A stretch of DNA of 63,201 nucleotides, the filler included, from Klebsormidium nitens (Eukaryota; Plantae; Klebsormidiophyceae), in the NCBI GenBank assembly GCA_000708835.1. It is 9 parts of 9 records of this genome, joined end to end, with 100 filler letters (N's around TTAATTAATTAA, not from the genome) between each part and the next. Parts side by side here need not be neighbours in the genome. Positions count along the whole stretch, not along the records: positions 8,704 to 15,803 come from DF238317.1; positions 15,904 to 31,831 come from DF238000.1; 7 more parts are not named here. One strand, 5' to 3'. The notes under the pieces are model-generated. The model worked only from the letters and a program-made list of their open reading frames with translations, was not told the origin of the DNA and did not search any database. Both the position numbers and the translations under genes were made by a program. Positions 13,791 through 26,760 of this stretch are shown one piece after another; the stretch's first letter is position 1, and every line of letters starts with the position of its first letter.

Positions 13791-14149
13791 AGCCCTACTA
13801 GCCTAGTCCATCTCTACCGGGCACTAGTCGGTTCAACTATATGAAGTCCTATTCAAGTGACCGGGTCACTGTATGACGCACTCGGGTCACTATACGACTC
13901 GCTATATGGGCTAATTACCACTCGGACTTATGGTCCGTGATGCTATACCGAGGTGGTCGGTAGTACCGTACTACTAGGTCGGGGCTACTACACACTAGTG
14001 GTCGGGGCTCCTAAATCACTCGACTCGAATCACAATCGGACGGTCGATATTGCGTGAGTAACACACCAAATAACTTGCCATCCTACGGTCGATACTCGGC
14101 CTACCGAAGCCTCAATCGACGGCTACGAATTGTCTAAGATATTAGGGCG

Positions 14150-14650
14150 TACTCACTCAAGTAACGCCCGAATCTCAACAACCCCTAGGTAGATCCGCTC
14201 CTCAAATACTATTCTCGTGAAAAGCGCCGCGTCCGCCATTGACGCCACAAACCCAAAGGTCCACGAGCTCATCCTTAGGTGCAAGTGCCACACACGCGGC
14301 GTCTGGCGCAACCCGTACAAGGTGCGCCTGAGGCGGTAGACCATGTTAGGCCCGCCTTGCTCGTATCCTTGCGGCTGCTGCATTTGGATCTCCTCCTCTA
14401 GCTCCCTACTGAGGAATGCCGTCTTGACGTCCATCTGATGCAGCTCCAGCACGCAAAGTCGTGTGCTTCCTCACTAGGGCGTAGACTTCCTTAAATTCAA
14501 TGCCCTACTTCTGCAAGTACCCTTCATCAACCAGCCGGGACTTGTAGCGCTCCACAATTCCGAGAGTTTTCGCTTAATCTTGTCACTCAGTTCATGGGAA
14601 CCAGCTTCAACCCTTCCAGTTTTTCGACGAGCTCCAAGGTCCCCGGTTGA
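14150..14650 (-). pseudogene. Ty1/copia reverse transcriptase fragment
   Basis: GIVERYKSRLV..GY.Q..GIEFKEVYA, LELHQMDVKTAFL, QQPQGYEQG, LYGLRQTPRVW; frameshifted and truncated before YVDD. Confidence 0.9.
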
Positions 14651-14689
14651 ATCACAGCGTTGTTGGAAGTAATATTCAATCAATCGAGT

Positions 14690-15823
14690 AAACTAATGAC
14701 TATGCGATTCCTATCTCGCTCTTGCACTTTTTGAACTTCCTCGGTGTCAGCGTTTGGTCATGATGTCCGCCTTTCATGTCCTCCGTCCTGCAATACGCGA
14801 ACGCGACCTCCTTGCGTACCACGCGCTCCTGTGCAAAGTGATGAGTCACGTCAATGTGCTTCGACCGCTGTTAAGCTATCGGATGCTTCTGGTGCCCAAT
14901 GGCCCCTTGGTTGTTGCAGGAGAACTGGACCGTTCCAAGGTCCAACACGAGATCTCCCCCGAGCTTGCGGAACCACAAAGCCTCCTTCAGCGCTTCAGCT
15001 GCGCTCATGTACTCGAGGCCGCCACCGTTGGCTGCAGCCTGCTCGACCAGCTCACCGTCCCCAAAACATCAGGAAGACGTACTCCGTTGTGGACTGCTTC
15101 GTGTCCCGTCTCCTGCGTAATCCGCGTCACAATAATCGATGAGAGCCTCCTCGCTCCTTCCGAAGGTCACCCCGTCCTCTGCCGTCCCCGTCAAGTAGCG
15201 CACACCCCCAAGCGCCGCCCGCCAGTGCGCCTTCGTCGGCCCCGCCATGTAGCGCGCAAGCGCGCCCACCGCCTGTGCGATGTCGGGCCTCGTGCACACA
15301 CTCAGGTCCAGCAGGCTTCCCACACACTCGCTTATGGACACCGCTTTGTGTCGAGAGGCTCACCCTTCTTCGTTAACTTGTCCACCGTTCCAAGATAAAC
15401 GCTACATGCCCGCGCGTCTGCCAGTCTGTAACGTCCGACCAGCTCCCCCGTCAGCTTCTTCTACGTCAGCTTAATGGTGGGCGCCTCTCTGTCGCCTGTT
15501 AGCTCCATCCCGAGGAGAAACGTCGCCTCCCCCAGATCGCGCACATCAAACTTCTTCGCCAAGTGCGCCTTCACCTTTTCAAACGCATGTGCCACGCACG
15601 CGGCGCCTAACGCAACCCGTACAAGATGCGCTTGTGGCGGCAGACCATCTCCGGCCCACCTTGGTCGTATCCTTGTGGCTGCTGCATCTAGATCTCCTTT
15701 TCCGCCTCCCCGCTAAGGAACGCCGTCTTGACGTCAAGCTGATGCAGCTCCAAGTCGCGCTCTGCGGCCACCGCCAGCAGCGCACGCAACGTCGTGTGCT
15801 TGCNNNNNNNNNNNNNNNNNNNN
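14690..15823 (-). pseudogene. Ty1/copia RT-RNase H, decayed, with the internal YVDD region deleted
   Basis: [23 protein letters not shown] joined directly to KKFDVRDLG; TRPDIAQAVG, YCDADYAGD, SWSSRLQPTVAASSTEAEY, SKHIDVTHHF, DMKADIMTK. Confidence 0.92.
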
Positions 15824-15967
15824 NNNNNNNNNNNNNNNNNNNNNNNNTTAATTAATTAANNNNNNNNNNNNNNNNNNNNNNNNNNNNNNNNNNNNNNNNN
15901 NNNCATTGTGTATAGCATACACATAGTAATCAGACCATTCCCCCATTCTGTTGTTTCTCTCTCCCCA

Positions 15968-17284
15968 ATGAGCGCTGGCAAAGATTTTGAGACTGCATTG
16001 TCCTCATTAATCTCGCGGGTTGCTCTTCTGGAGATTGAAACGGGGGTAAAGAAAAAGGCCCAGTGTTTCTCTGTTGGGTGTATCTCGGTTCCTATCGTTG
16101 CTGGTTCTGAGAGTTCTGTTGCTGTTTACGTCACGCCTATGCAATTGGGTTCATCTTCTGTTGAAGCATCTGTACGAACGCAGCCAGCTTCTGAGGCGAT
16201 GGCACCTTCCGCTGCTGTTACCGCTTTCCTGACTGAGTGGGCTTCTGCCGATAGTGAAGATGCTCGCATTGTTGTGGAGGATGCACATTTTGCTAGCCCA
16301 GACTAAGCTGTGGTGGTAGAAATTCTGAAAAAAAGGTCTGCACGTGATCGTGCAACTATGACAGCTCTGGTGGCTCGGGTTGAGGCTAGTGATGCTAACG
16401 CCGTTGCTGCAAGAGCACAAGCTGATGCTGCCCTGGCAGCACAAGCCTCTGGGTCTGAGAAGTTCAAGCCTGCCCCTTCTCCTAGGTTTGAGAACAAGGA
16501 GAAGGACATGGAAATCAGGAGATGGGTTCCCATTGTTGAGGAGCATTATGCAGGCTGTCTTGATGTTGACTATCTGCGTCTGGCAAGCTCTCATCTGTCT
16601 GGCAAGCCCAGATCATTCTGGCAGAGCAAGCTCGATGCTCGCAAATCGTCTGGAGAGCCTATTGCTGACCCTCGTGCTTTCTTCCGAGACACCATGTACT
16701 CCAGTGGCTATGGTTTGAAGGAAGAGGTTCAGGGCTACTGGGATGCATATCATGAGCTTAAGCAGGGTCATGATCAGGATATTTCTGAGTACAACTCTGT
16801 GTTCGAGCAGGTCATGACCGATCTGTCTAAAGAGGTCACTGACGAGCCCGTTAAGATAGAGAAGTACAAATCTGGTCTGCAGCCAGCTCTGAGGGAACTG
16901 GCAAGGGTGTCGCCAGATGGCACTCGCTGGACGTCTCTGTCCTCTCTGATCTCCTATTGTACGCTCCAGTGGCCAACTATCAAGGCCAAGCTGGAAAGGG
17001 AGAGGAAGCCAGGCGGCCACAAGGTTGAGAAGGTGGCGGGGAAGCGCAAGTTCGCATCCCCTCCTCGGGGACGTGGAGCATCTGCTGGGCCTCGGGAAGG
17101 CAACTCTGGAGCTTCCGGGCACAAGAACCAACGGCTGTCTGAGGAAGAGAAGGAGAGGCGTAGAGTCAACAAGCTGTGCAACATCTGTGCTAGCCCAGAT
17201 CACCGTGCTGATAAGTGCCCTGAGCGCACAACTCCCTGGGTTCCTAAGAAGCAGTTCAGGAAGGGCAGGAAGGATTTCTCTTAG
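15968..17284 (+). mobile_element. Ty3/gypsy gag (copy 1) with CCHC zinc knuckle; one in-frame stop at 16304
   Basis: ORFs 15908..16306 and 16310..17284 share a frame across one TAA; retrotransposon gag core and CNICASPDHRADKC knuckle. Confidence 0.88.
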
Positions 17285-17315
17285 CTTCATAAAGTGTAGG
17301 ACAGCTACCTGAAGC
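17272..17315 (+). promoter_or_regulatory. Putative -1 ribosomal frameshift signal (G GAT TTC plus stem-loop), gypsy copy 1
   Basis: Heptamer precedes the gag stop; the -1 frame is the pol frame; GCTTCA/TGAAGC and GTAG/CTAC stems 5 nt downstream; position homologous to copy 2. Confidence 0.55.
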
Positions 17316-18713
17316 AAATGAACACTCGAACAGTGCTGTGGACATCTCGTCTGATGACTTTAAAAGCATTATTGCTTTCTCTGGCAAGGTCTTTGATCTT
17401 GGAGTTCATCCGACAACTGATTCCATAGCAACTGAGTGGTGTCATATCGATGATTTCTGCAAGCAACCTCTGAAGGCAAAGCATGTCTGGATCAATGCCC
17501 CCTCTCCTGCAGAGTTGAGGGATAGGTTATTGTATTTTCAATCTGAGTATCTTGCATCGAGCAAGTCTACTTCTGCATGCTTGCTTGTTCCTTGCAGAGC
17601 GTCTGTTCCAGCTGTACTTCTGAAAGGCTGGAGAGAGATTCTGCTCCTGCCACGTGGCTCTGTCGTTCGAAAGCAATCTGCTGACGGTGTTTGGCAGGAT
17701 ACTGTGACGAAGGAGGGCCTACGTGTTTGTATCTGCCTCCTGTTACTGATGAATCTGCAGCAATTCTGGATGGTGCAATCCATCATGGGGTTCTTTCTGT
17801 TGCACAGGTTAACTCTAACCCTGGTCTGCGGATGATGTTTGCAGGTCGAGCTGCTGGCACGAATGCAAGTATCTTATTCGACTCTGGAGCTTCGGAGAAC
17901 TTTGTTTCATCTAAGTTTGCGAGGCAAATTGGAATCTCTGTTGACCCAACTCCTCGTCAAATTCGGTTAGGCTCTAACGAGGTTGTAACCACTGATGGCG
18001 AGGCAAACGTGTATCTGAAGTTGGGCACTTTCCAGTCTGCTGTTCGGTGCTCTATTATGCCGTTGCTCCACGAGGTTGACGTGATTCTGGGTCAGAAATT
18101 TATGACTGGCCATAAGTGCATTCTGGATTTTGAGCGTTCTGTTGTACTGGTTAAGAAGGGTCGACGGCGGGTTACCGTAGCTAGAGCTCCTCTGCACAGG
18201 GAGGTCAGACCTGAGGTTAGTGATACGCCACTAACTGTGCTCAATGCTACGCAGATGAAGCGCGCGTACAGGAAGGGCCTGAGCTTGTTCCTCGCGGTCA
18301 TCAAACCCATCGAAGAGCCTGAAGTGCTGGCTGTCGCTGCTTCTGGTCAACCTGGTCAACCGCCCCCTTGTGGAACGTGTGACAGTTTCGACATCTGTAC
18401 CCCTTCCGGTAAGGAATCTTGGGTTGCTGGAATGGTTTCGGAGTATTCCGATGTGTTCAAGGATCCTCTGCCGATAGGGCTTCCGCCTGATCGAAAGCAA
18501 GGTCATTCCATCCCTACGGAACCTGGACATCCTCCTCCGTTTAGACCAATGTATCGGTTGTCTCCTCTGGAATATGAGGGACTCAAGAAGCAAGTCACGG
18601 CGTTTCTGGAAGCGGGAATTTTGGAACCGTCTAAATCTCCGTATGGCTCTCCTGTTCTCTTCGTACCTAAGCCTAACGGCAGAGGGTTACGACTCTGTGT
18701 AGATTACAGGGCT
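17272..18713 (+). mobile_element. Ty3/gypsy pol 5' part (copy 1): Dam-methylase-like domain, aspartic protease, RT N-terminus
   Basis: HVWINAP...STSACLLVP domain (17338-17750), 1-bp frameshift near 17745, ILFDSGASENF protease, PYGSPVLFVPK..LRLCVDYRA. Confidence 0.88.
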
Positions 18714-19050
18714 TCCCTTGGAATTCACGATGTGTCCTAAGAACTTAGTCTCTTCAGAAGCAAAGTTTGACTTTCACTGGCAGACGTAAAAGCGGTTTTG
18801 TCTCAGAATATCTAAGACCTGTCGAACAGAAGTTTGTGTTCTTCAGCGGTCTTAGAGTAGATCAGAATGTCGTCCAGATAGACAACGACAAAACGCCTCA
18901 GAAAAGGATGTAGAACCGAATTCATAACAGACTGAAACGTAGCTGGCGCGTTGGTTAAACCCTCAATCAGAACCTTGAATTGAAAATGTCCCATTGGAGT
19001 GCGGAAAGCAGTCTTAGGACGAATGGAGACATCGCCATAGCTGATTCGGT
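18712..19050 (-). pseudogene. Inverted segment of gypsy RT core (YLDD)
   Basis: Minus strand [46 protein letters not shown], abutting the plus-strand DYRA. Confidence 0.9.
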
Positions 19051-19365
19051 CAGCACGACTAACATTTTCTGTTCGAACGCTGACTTTATCTTTACATAAT
19101 CATATTGCTTTGCGACGACTTTCGCTTACACCAGCAATCTTCTATCTAGCAACGTTCAGACGACCAAGTTGTCAGCAAGTTGTTGTGACCGAGTTTCAAT
19201 CGCTCGGTTTCTCGGTCAGAGTTGAGCGCCCTTCCTAGTTGGACTAAAAATTCTATGCCTCCAAGTCGGTTCGGAAGTTCACAAGTCGGGCCGGTGTATG
19301 TAGTCTGACGCCCTCTTTAACATCAATTCTATGGTGTTTGGGAGGTACTCATACGTTTCAGACTT

Positions 19366-22300
19366 TCAAACCGGTAGCAGAAACACCCCAACTATTCCTG
19401 CTCCAACTACTTCACCTGGAAGTGCAAATATTGTAAGGGAGAAACGTCCTACTGTTACCAAAGTGTTTTCCATACTCCATGTACCTATAACTCGCATATC
19501 ATTATTCTGGTTGTGGAAAGTTGCATTGTAAGGCCGAATTAAAATAGGAGGAAGACTTCGTTTGTTGGTCTCCACATCGAACCTTAGTCCACCAGTCTCA
19601 TTTGATACGAAATACGCTACAGTGAGCTTCGAGCGCACTCTTACATCAAATTCAAAATGCAACAACCCATCCGTATGATTTGTCATGTACATTTCCTTGT
19701 CACGACGGATATGGATCAACTCCCACCCTTGAATGCGACTCGGGATAAGTGGGCCAGTCCTGCACGACAAGTTGAACAAATGGGAGGTTTTGCTTTGAAC
19801 GTGCAAATATTTTCTACAATTTCGAGTAGGGCATTAGTGCATGCAAGTGCATGCAACATCGAAACAATATGCTATTTACGATGAAGTTCGAAGATGACGT
19901 TCATCATGGACGAGATGAGTGCGAATGAGGTTGGTGGAGCACTTTTCACATGGATCCTTGCAAAACTCAAGTCTTTTGGACATTGAATCACATGTTTCAC
20001 TAGACGCTTCATGATTCTATGCACGGTTGTTAGCATTATTACAAACACAGATACGAAAAGAGCACAATCTAAACGAAAAGAGCACAATCTAAGTGCCTTG
20101 CACATATCGAAGTAAGATTTACTTTTTACGTCTATGCTTCACGTTGCTTGGCTCACCTTGCGTTCTTGAAATGACTCCATGAAGTTGCATTGCATAAAGA
20201 CCTTACTTGTCCTCTTCGACCCGTTCGCAGCGACAAACTCCGCTAAAAGCATAGAAGTATCAATTCAGTATGTTGGACATGAAACAGTACCTCACGTGTT
20301 CTTCATACGTGGAAAGTCTTTCCACAAGAGTATACAGGTCATCGCCACCCATGATCAATAAAGATCTAAAGAAGCAACGACATGCAAGACAGATGTCCTA
20401 TCTAGACAATTATCAATGGCATTTCCGATTCTCCAATGTCTACCAATACTCTTAAAATTTCCTGAATGAATGAAGTTGAACACACGATCAAGATGATATT
20501 TCCCAAGACAAATTTGATGCGATGTATGCTTCCTTGACACATGTAGAAAGCCCAGTTTAGGATAAGCAACCTCACCTCTTTAAGAACGCTTTCAAACTTA
20601 ACAACGCTTGCCTCGTCAATGCGAAGTATTGCCGTCATTATTTGGTACAATATCATGGTTGCTACTAGCTCGTGACCACTTTGCCCAAGATGTTTACCAT
20701 CCTTCTGATACAGGTATTCTCGAGATATTAAATGCAACGGACCGGCTCCTTCCGGGAAAATAATGGTGCTATTCCAAAACGCTGAGATGGCTGCAGAGCA
20801 AACAGCAAGAATCAGAAAAATGTATGATCACATCGACTTTGAACCATTAGATGGTGAACAATCAGTTTCAAATGTTGCAAGATGCTTGAAGCAACTCTCA
20901 ATTGTTTTTTGGAACATGATCTTGATGAACGATAGTGCATGATGCGTTATGGATTAACAGAGATAATCTGTATTGCCATTGCCTCCTCTTCATTCTGCAC
21001 ACTGGCTGACAAATCTGAATTCATGAGGTTGTAATTTCTCACCTCGACTTACAGAGAGGGAGGTCAGATTTCTTTCAACAGCAAGGTTGGTGAAATTTGC
21101 GAGTGTGTTGTCCCAAGCACTTGATGAAACTACACCTGGACTAGCATCTTTCCTAAACGACCAATTAGAATTGTAGTGTTCTAGAGTGATAATGGTCGGT
21201 GATGCTATTTCAAAGTTGGATGTCAGAATCGACTCGTAAAGTCGACGCCCATCCTCCTTAGTGGTTGGGTTGACATTGAATTCTGCTACCACAATGTCTG
21301 GAAATGGTCCTAAAAATCTCTGCAAGGGAAATACAAGAATTAGCTACAACTACAAGGAACCTTCTTAAGCTTGTAACAACGAGCATCTTGCTTACATGTC
21401 ATTGCAGGCAGATCGCAAAATGTTTGCTGAGGACTTGCTGTTATGTTAAAACCAAAGAAGGTTTATTGCCTTCCTCTGCGTGCACTTATGCATCAAGATG
21501 CAGCCATCCAAGTTACCATCTAAGAAGTGAACCACTAGATGCACAAAAACGCCACATGTGGATCAGCTAGACCATCCATGGCTCAAGCTAGACCATCCTA
21601 GCAAGTTCTCTCTGATGATCTCATGACAGCGTGCACAACGAGCCAAGCATTCCAATGTTACAGGTCATACGATGTGATTGTGACATGAAGCCTAAAAGCA
21701 GTCCATGCACGATCGATGTTTTTGTCAAATATTTGTATTTTCTTAGGAACTCACCTCCAAGCACAAAAGCGGGATGGCTCCACCTGCACCAGCTACTCCG
21801 CCATTGATGTAGTAATTATAATCATTTGGGAAGCTTTCATTCCACCAAAGTCCAACTATCTGAGGATAAGGTAGAGGCAACCACATGCCGGCTGCGCAAA
21901 GGTGCAGCATTTGAGGATTAAAATTGGGCAAAGAAGCATTTGAGGATTAAAATTGGGCAAAGACAGCGTGGTAACTGTCAAAGTCTATTGTATGGACCAA
22001 GGCCTTCTACTGTAGCCTTTAGCAAGTGACGCAGGAGACAAATATACCAGAACCTCAAGGTCAGCAAGCTGTCCCAACAATTTGTGGCCCCTCGCATGGC
22101 ATCAAACTTACAATCTCGTGATAACATCTTCCCATCCTGACACGATACGAGGGACAATGATGACAGCTTGTACATTGAAAACCAACCGGTCACGGAGCCT
22201 CCAAGTGCCACAACTCCAGTTGGTATCCCGTAAAGCGCTGCGAGGACTTGTTCTTGAAGTCGATTTAAGGTTGCGGTGCCGACGGTAATCTCCCCTTCCT

Positions 22301-23725
22301 GAAACCGGAGGAGCAGATTATCGGGCGTCGTTTATGATGTATGGCCCTCACTACATGCCTCAAGTCAAGGGATCAGTACTTCTAAAACTGTGCATTAGCT
22401 GCCAATCGAGCCGAGAATGGTCAATACTTGTTTCTCGAGTGGAAAAAGACATCTTTGCAGCTTCATCAGCAACGGCCAGATCGGTGCTGGAGTTGAAGTG
22501 AAGCACCAATATACTTAGAAAACCAGACCCAGAGATACCCTTGGAAATCTTGCTCACCTCAACTGGACCGCATCATGATAAAAACAAAACAGGGACTCAC
22601 AAAGCATACTCAAAGCAGATGTTCACTGCCAGCCCATTGATATGCAACCAAGAATTCATAGCCAACTTCTGTGCCCTCATCATTGACTTTGTTAGTAGTG
22701 TACACAGAAAGCTAGCCTGGGTTGTAAACGGCAGTAGAAGACTGCCACGTCGACTTTCTGATACTCGCATTGAAGTGAATAGATCGGGGTGAAGTTAAGA
22801 GGCATTGAACACTGTCACCTTAGCTAGGAAGATTGTCCAGGCTTCTGACTGGGCAGCCGAGCTTACAGTCTGCACTGATACCTCTTATCTATGTTGCCAT
22901 CGTTCAGTGCATCCGTCAATGGCACCGATCAAGTAATTGTGGGTGCGTCAAACCTTATCCAGAGGAATAAAAACAGAAAGACACAACGGGCCACCTTGAC
23001 CTCAGATTACTCAGTTTGGTAGGCTAAATAAAAAGAACTTTAAGAATCCCACCTTACACATCCTCATTAAGGCTCCCTCGGGTAGGCCATGGAGAGAGGG
23101 ATTTATTGAAGGGGATTTGAGTCCAGCAGCAAAAATGCGTCCCACCAGGCGCTGCACCCTGCCCAGTCTGATAAGTGCGCGAGGACGTGGCTCACTGCAA
23201 TTACACACTTGAAGACTAGAGCTGCATGGCAAAGGCAAAAATCTGTTATATCTTCCAAAGTACGTCATGTTGATGAGCCGACATTTAAGACAGTGCAACG
23301 ACAAGTTGCAGTTGTTTACTCCTTGGTTGCAAGTGCATCCATTAGTTCTCTGCTTCAGCTCGAAATGTTATGCATCGATCAATTCAGTTCTTGGTACATT
23401 GGGCTCAACAATGTGCATCCGTTGGGTACGGGACTGGAATCGGTGCAAAAGCGTTTGGGGTCTCTATCTGCTCGTGAAGTGATGACCACCTGTGCCAGTT
23501 GCTATGGTCTAACGTTGGAGGGTGCGAATTGACGGACTGCCCAAAGGACCAGGCCCACAATCTGTGCACGTTGAAGATGGTCCCAGAGGTAGGCTGAGGT
23601 CGAGACACGTCCCAAGCAACAATTCCGAACGAAAGCAGCAGCAAGACGGCAACACCAAGCTGAGAACCGGCATGCCGAGGAATGAAAGGACGTAGCCATG
23701 ATGGTTGACCTGAAAGTGTTGCCAT
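19366..23725 (-). CDS. Spliced SGNH/GDSL-family hydrolase, probably type II membrane-anchored; exon boundaries approximate
   Basis: Ordered minus-strand blocks: TM segment LGVAVLLLLSFGIVAW (ATG 23725), block I ALGGSVTG (~22200), block II YINGGVAGAG (~21790), block III PDIVVAEFNVN (~21280), block V DGKHLGQSGHELVA (~20690). Confidence 0.7.
21906..21963. repeat. Perfect 29-bp tandem duplication (intronic)
   Basis: AGCATTTGAGGATTAAAATTGGGCAAAGA x2. Confidence 0.9.
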
Positions 23726-26479
23726 GACCGGATGCCAAATTCAGACCTAAACGTGCGATATTTCAAACCAGAACTGCCCCTCAAAGGCCACACGAAGTCG
23801 ATATGTATACCTGTACTATAGGTTGTAGGTGTTAAATTATAAATAGGTATGCCGATCCCCGAGTGCGGGAGAATACCGTTCACTACGAAGTTCGGCGTCC
23901 GACCGTGACCACTGACGAAGGCGAGAAAGTAGACTTGGTGGGTAAGACGGTATTCGACGCGTGTTCGACACTAGCTGGGACTCTGGGAGCACATTCAACT
24001 AGGACGACAGAATCCGCCTGCGGCGGATTTAGCAGCTCGCCTCAATGTAAACACCATTATCTAAGAAAATATCTTCAATGAGGGGGGGTGGGAGGGCGCC
24101 CCGACTCACATTTTAAGGGCGGGTGGGAGGGCAAACATTGATCCCCGTGTGGGCCCCGGTACACTACCCTATGCGGTGAAACGAAGTTCTAAAACTTGGT
24201 AAAAGGGTTCCTTGTCATATCTTATGAACATCTTGTGATTGGGTGGGTGGGAGGGCGCCCCGGTTTTAAAATTACGATTGCTTTTTGATCCCGGTGCAGA
24301 CCGGGGCAACACCCCAGGCATCATATCGAATGCACACTGCTAAAATCTGCCAAGACCTGGCCAAACACAAACTGTAGTACAGCTTGGCAACCGCCGAAAG
24401 TAACGGGGAAAACGGGTTTATTTTGATCGTTCGGAGGATATAGGGGGATTTGCAGTGACCCAAAAACACTAAGTGATTTGCAATCTTCGGTTGGTCCATT
24501 CCCGCTCAAACCGGAAAAGCACGGCGGCCAATATTGCTGTATAATTAATGATGTATCGAGGGAAAATACCTCCGGACCGTCCGTATAATTCTGCCGTTCA
24601 ATCTTGGCTTTTATACAGCATAAAGCATTTGGATTAGAATTTGACCAAATACGTAGAACAACGTCACCGCTGTTTTGGACCATCTGGGTGCCGGGACGTC
24701 GTACAGTGAAATAATTTGCCGGGAGACCCCCCGGATGTCCGCTATTTACCTCGCCCCATATAAATATGGGCGAGCTAAAAATTTATAATTTGATGTCTCA
24801 TCATGGATTCACATTCCGTCAGAATCCGTTTTCGGCGAGGTGGTTGAGGGCATTGAGAGGCATGTTGGAAGGCCCCTCGAGCTGTGGAAGAGCATTCCAA
24901 AGCAGAACGAAGCACACGAGAAGTTGCCAATATGCGTAGTTTCCGCTGCAGAACCCCCCGGCCTAAACGGCGCCGTGGGAAAATATGAAAAGATAGAATC
25001 TCCTCGAACGGGAGGCATTCAACATGGGGGCAAGCTGGGATCTCAAAAACAAAAATGAGAAATCGCGGTACGCGGTTTAGGAGCTCGTTTATAGGCAGAC
25101 ACATTAAAATATATGCAATTTAGGTAGTCTATATGTGGATAAAAATCACAATTACAAATATCCATTGGTAGGTTCGAAAGTATCGTTTTTAAAATCACAC
25201 AGGAAGTTACAGTATGCACCAAAACCAATTATATTTACCCGCTTATAGTGTAGCTATTGAAGTAATTTGTTGATAGACTTGCAACTTGGGGGCTAGTTTC
25301 CCGCTGCAGATTCACCCCCTGGCACTTAGAGCCTGCAAAATTCTTGAATTGGCGCTATATGGCGGTGGCGGCCCTGGCCGCCCCCAAAGCCGTTGATGGA
25401 AAACATTTGCAAAGGCCTACGACATGGCGGCGAAGGCGCAAGAGACGCGGATCGTGTGGGATGAACTGGACGAGACGCTGAACAAGCTGGAAGCCGCATA
25501 GGAGGCGGCGCTCCAGGGCAAGAAGGTGCAACGGGGGCGCAAGGGACGGGACCTCGAGTTCGACATGGAGCCAAGATACAGTGCCGGTGGGGGCCTGAAC
25601 ACCCATTTTTGGCTAGGAGACAGTCAGATTCATGACCCCCTTCTCACGCGCGAAGCTGCAAAACCAGAAAAAAAAGCCTGCAAATTAACGAAATTGCGGG
25701 ATTGCGTCAGATCGTCACCGTCGCCCAGATCTTCTGCCCCATCCCAGTCGTCCATCTTGGCACGTTTCGCAAAACGACAATTTCTGCCGGCTTAGCCGTC
25801 GATATCTTTGAAAACGTGCGCTTACTCGCAATTTGAGCCGTCGGTTAGTAAGGCCTCTAGCCCGCGGGCCGCAGCCCTAAACATATCTTGGATTTTGTAC
25901 CGGCCAGAGCCGCAATTGGCCGGCAGTCATCCACCGGGCATGTAAGCAATGGACGGTATAAGTAAGCTTCCAACGACGAGTTGGACTAGACCGCTGTAGA
26001 CTGTAGTGCGAGTCGGATTGGGCGGTCCGATTCGCCAGGCAGAGCCTCCGATGGTCGACCCTTTGACACCCGGTTTCTGTTGGTCCCGGGCTCGGAGGCC
26101 ATACTAGGAGGGGACCGCCCGAAGGGCGGTGGCCCTCCTAGCCCATTCTAGTCAGTCTAGTTGGGGCTTCATTTGGATTCTTTCAGGCAGGGCCCATGCG
26201 CGCCTGACTTTCATCGCGCGCTATCTGAACAAGACCATTAAGGCTCGACTGCAAGACTTTGCGCGTTTCGCGCAACCTTCTGCAAAGTATATTTGAAATT
26301 TCATCGAATTCAGATTCCAGTACCGCCCCGTACGGTACTTAAAGGTGCCTGAATGTACCATTGGAGGTACCGTGGTACATCATGTACCCAGCAGGACCCG
26401 GTAGGTACCGTAAAAATAGGTTTGATGCTAACCACGTCAGTCGACTGGTACGTACTGACTTGTACACAAAAATGAAATG

Positions 26480-26760
26480 AACTTCAATCAGGCTCCTCCT
26501 GATCATTCATTCAAACTTCATTCAGGCTCCTCCTGAATCCTGAATTTCTGAATTAAGTGGTAGGGCGGCGGGCCTATGATATTTGGTTAGAGTAAAATGT
26601 TATCGGTTTGGTCCAAGTTAACGGCCAGCCCCCCGGTTTTTTTCCAAAAATTCAGGATTCAGGAGAACCCTGAATGAACCCTGAATGAACTTCTCGGACT
26701 ATTCATTCGGGGTTCATTCAGGGTTCTCCTGAACCCTGAACTTCTGAACCGAGCCCCCGA
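26480..26760. repeat. TTCAG/CTGAA-motif repeat cluster with a long inverted repeat (26658-26733)
   Basis: 32-bp arms with one mismatch and a 12-nt loop; motif CATTCAGGCTCCTCCTG shared with the array at 27221-27580. Confidence 0.85.
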
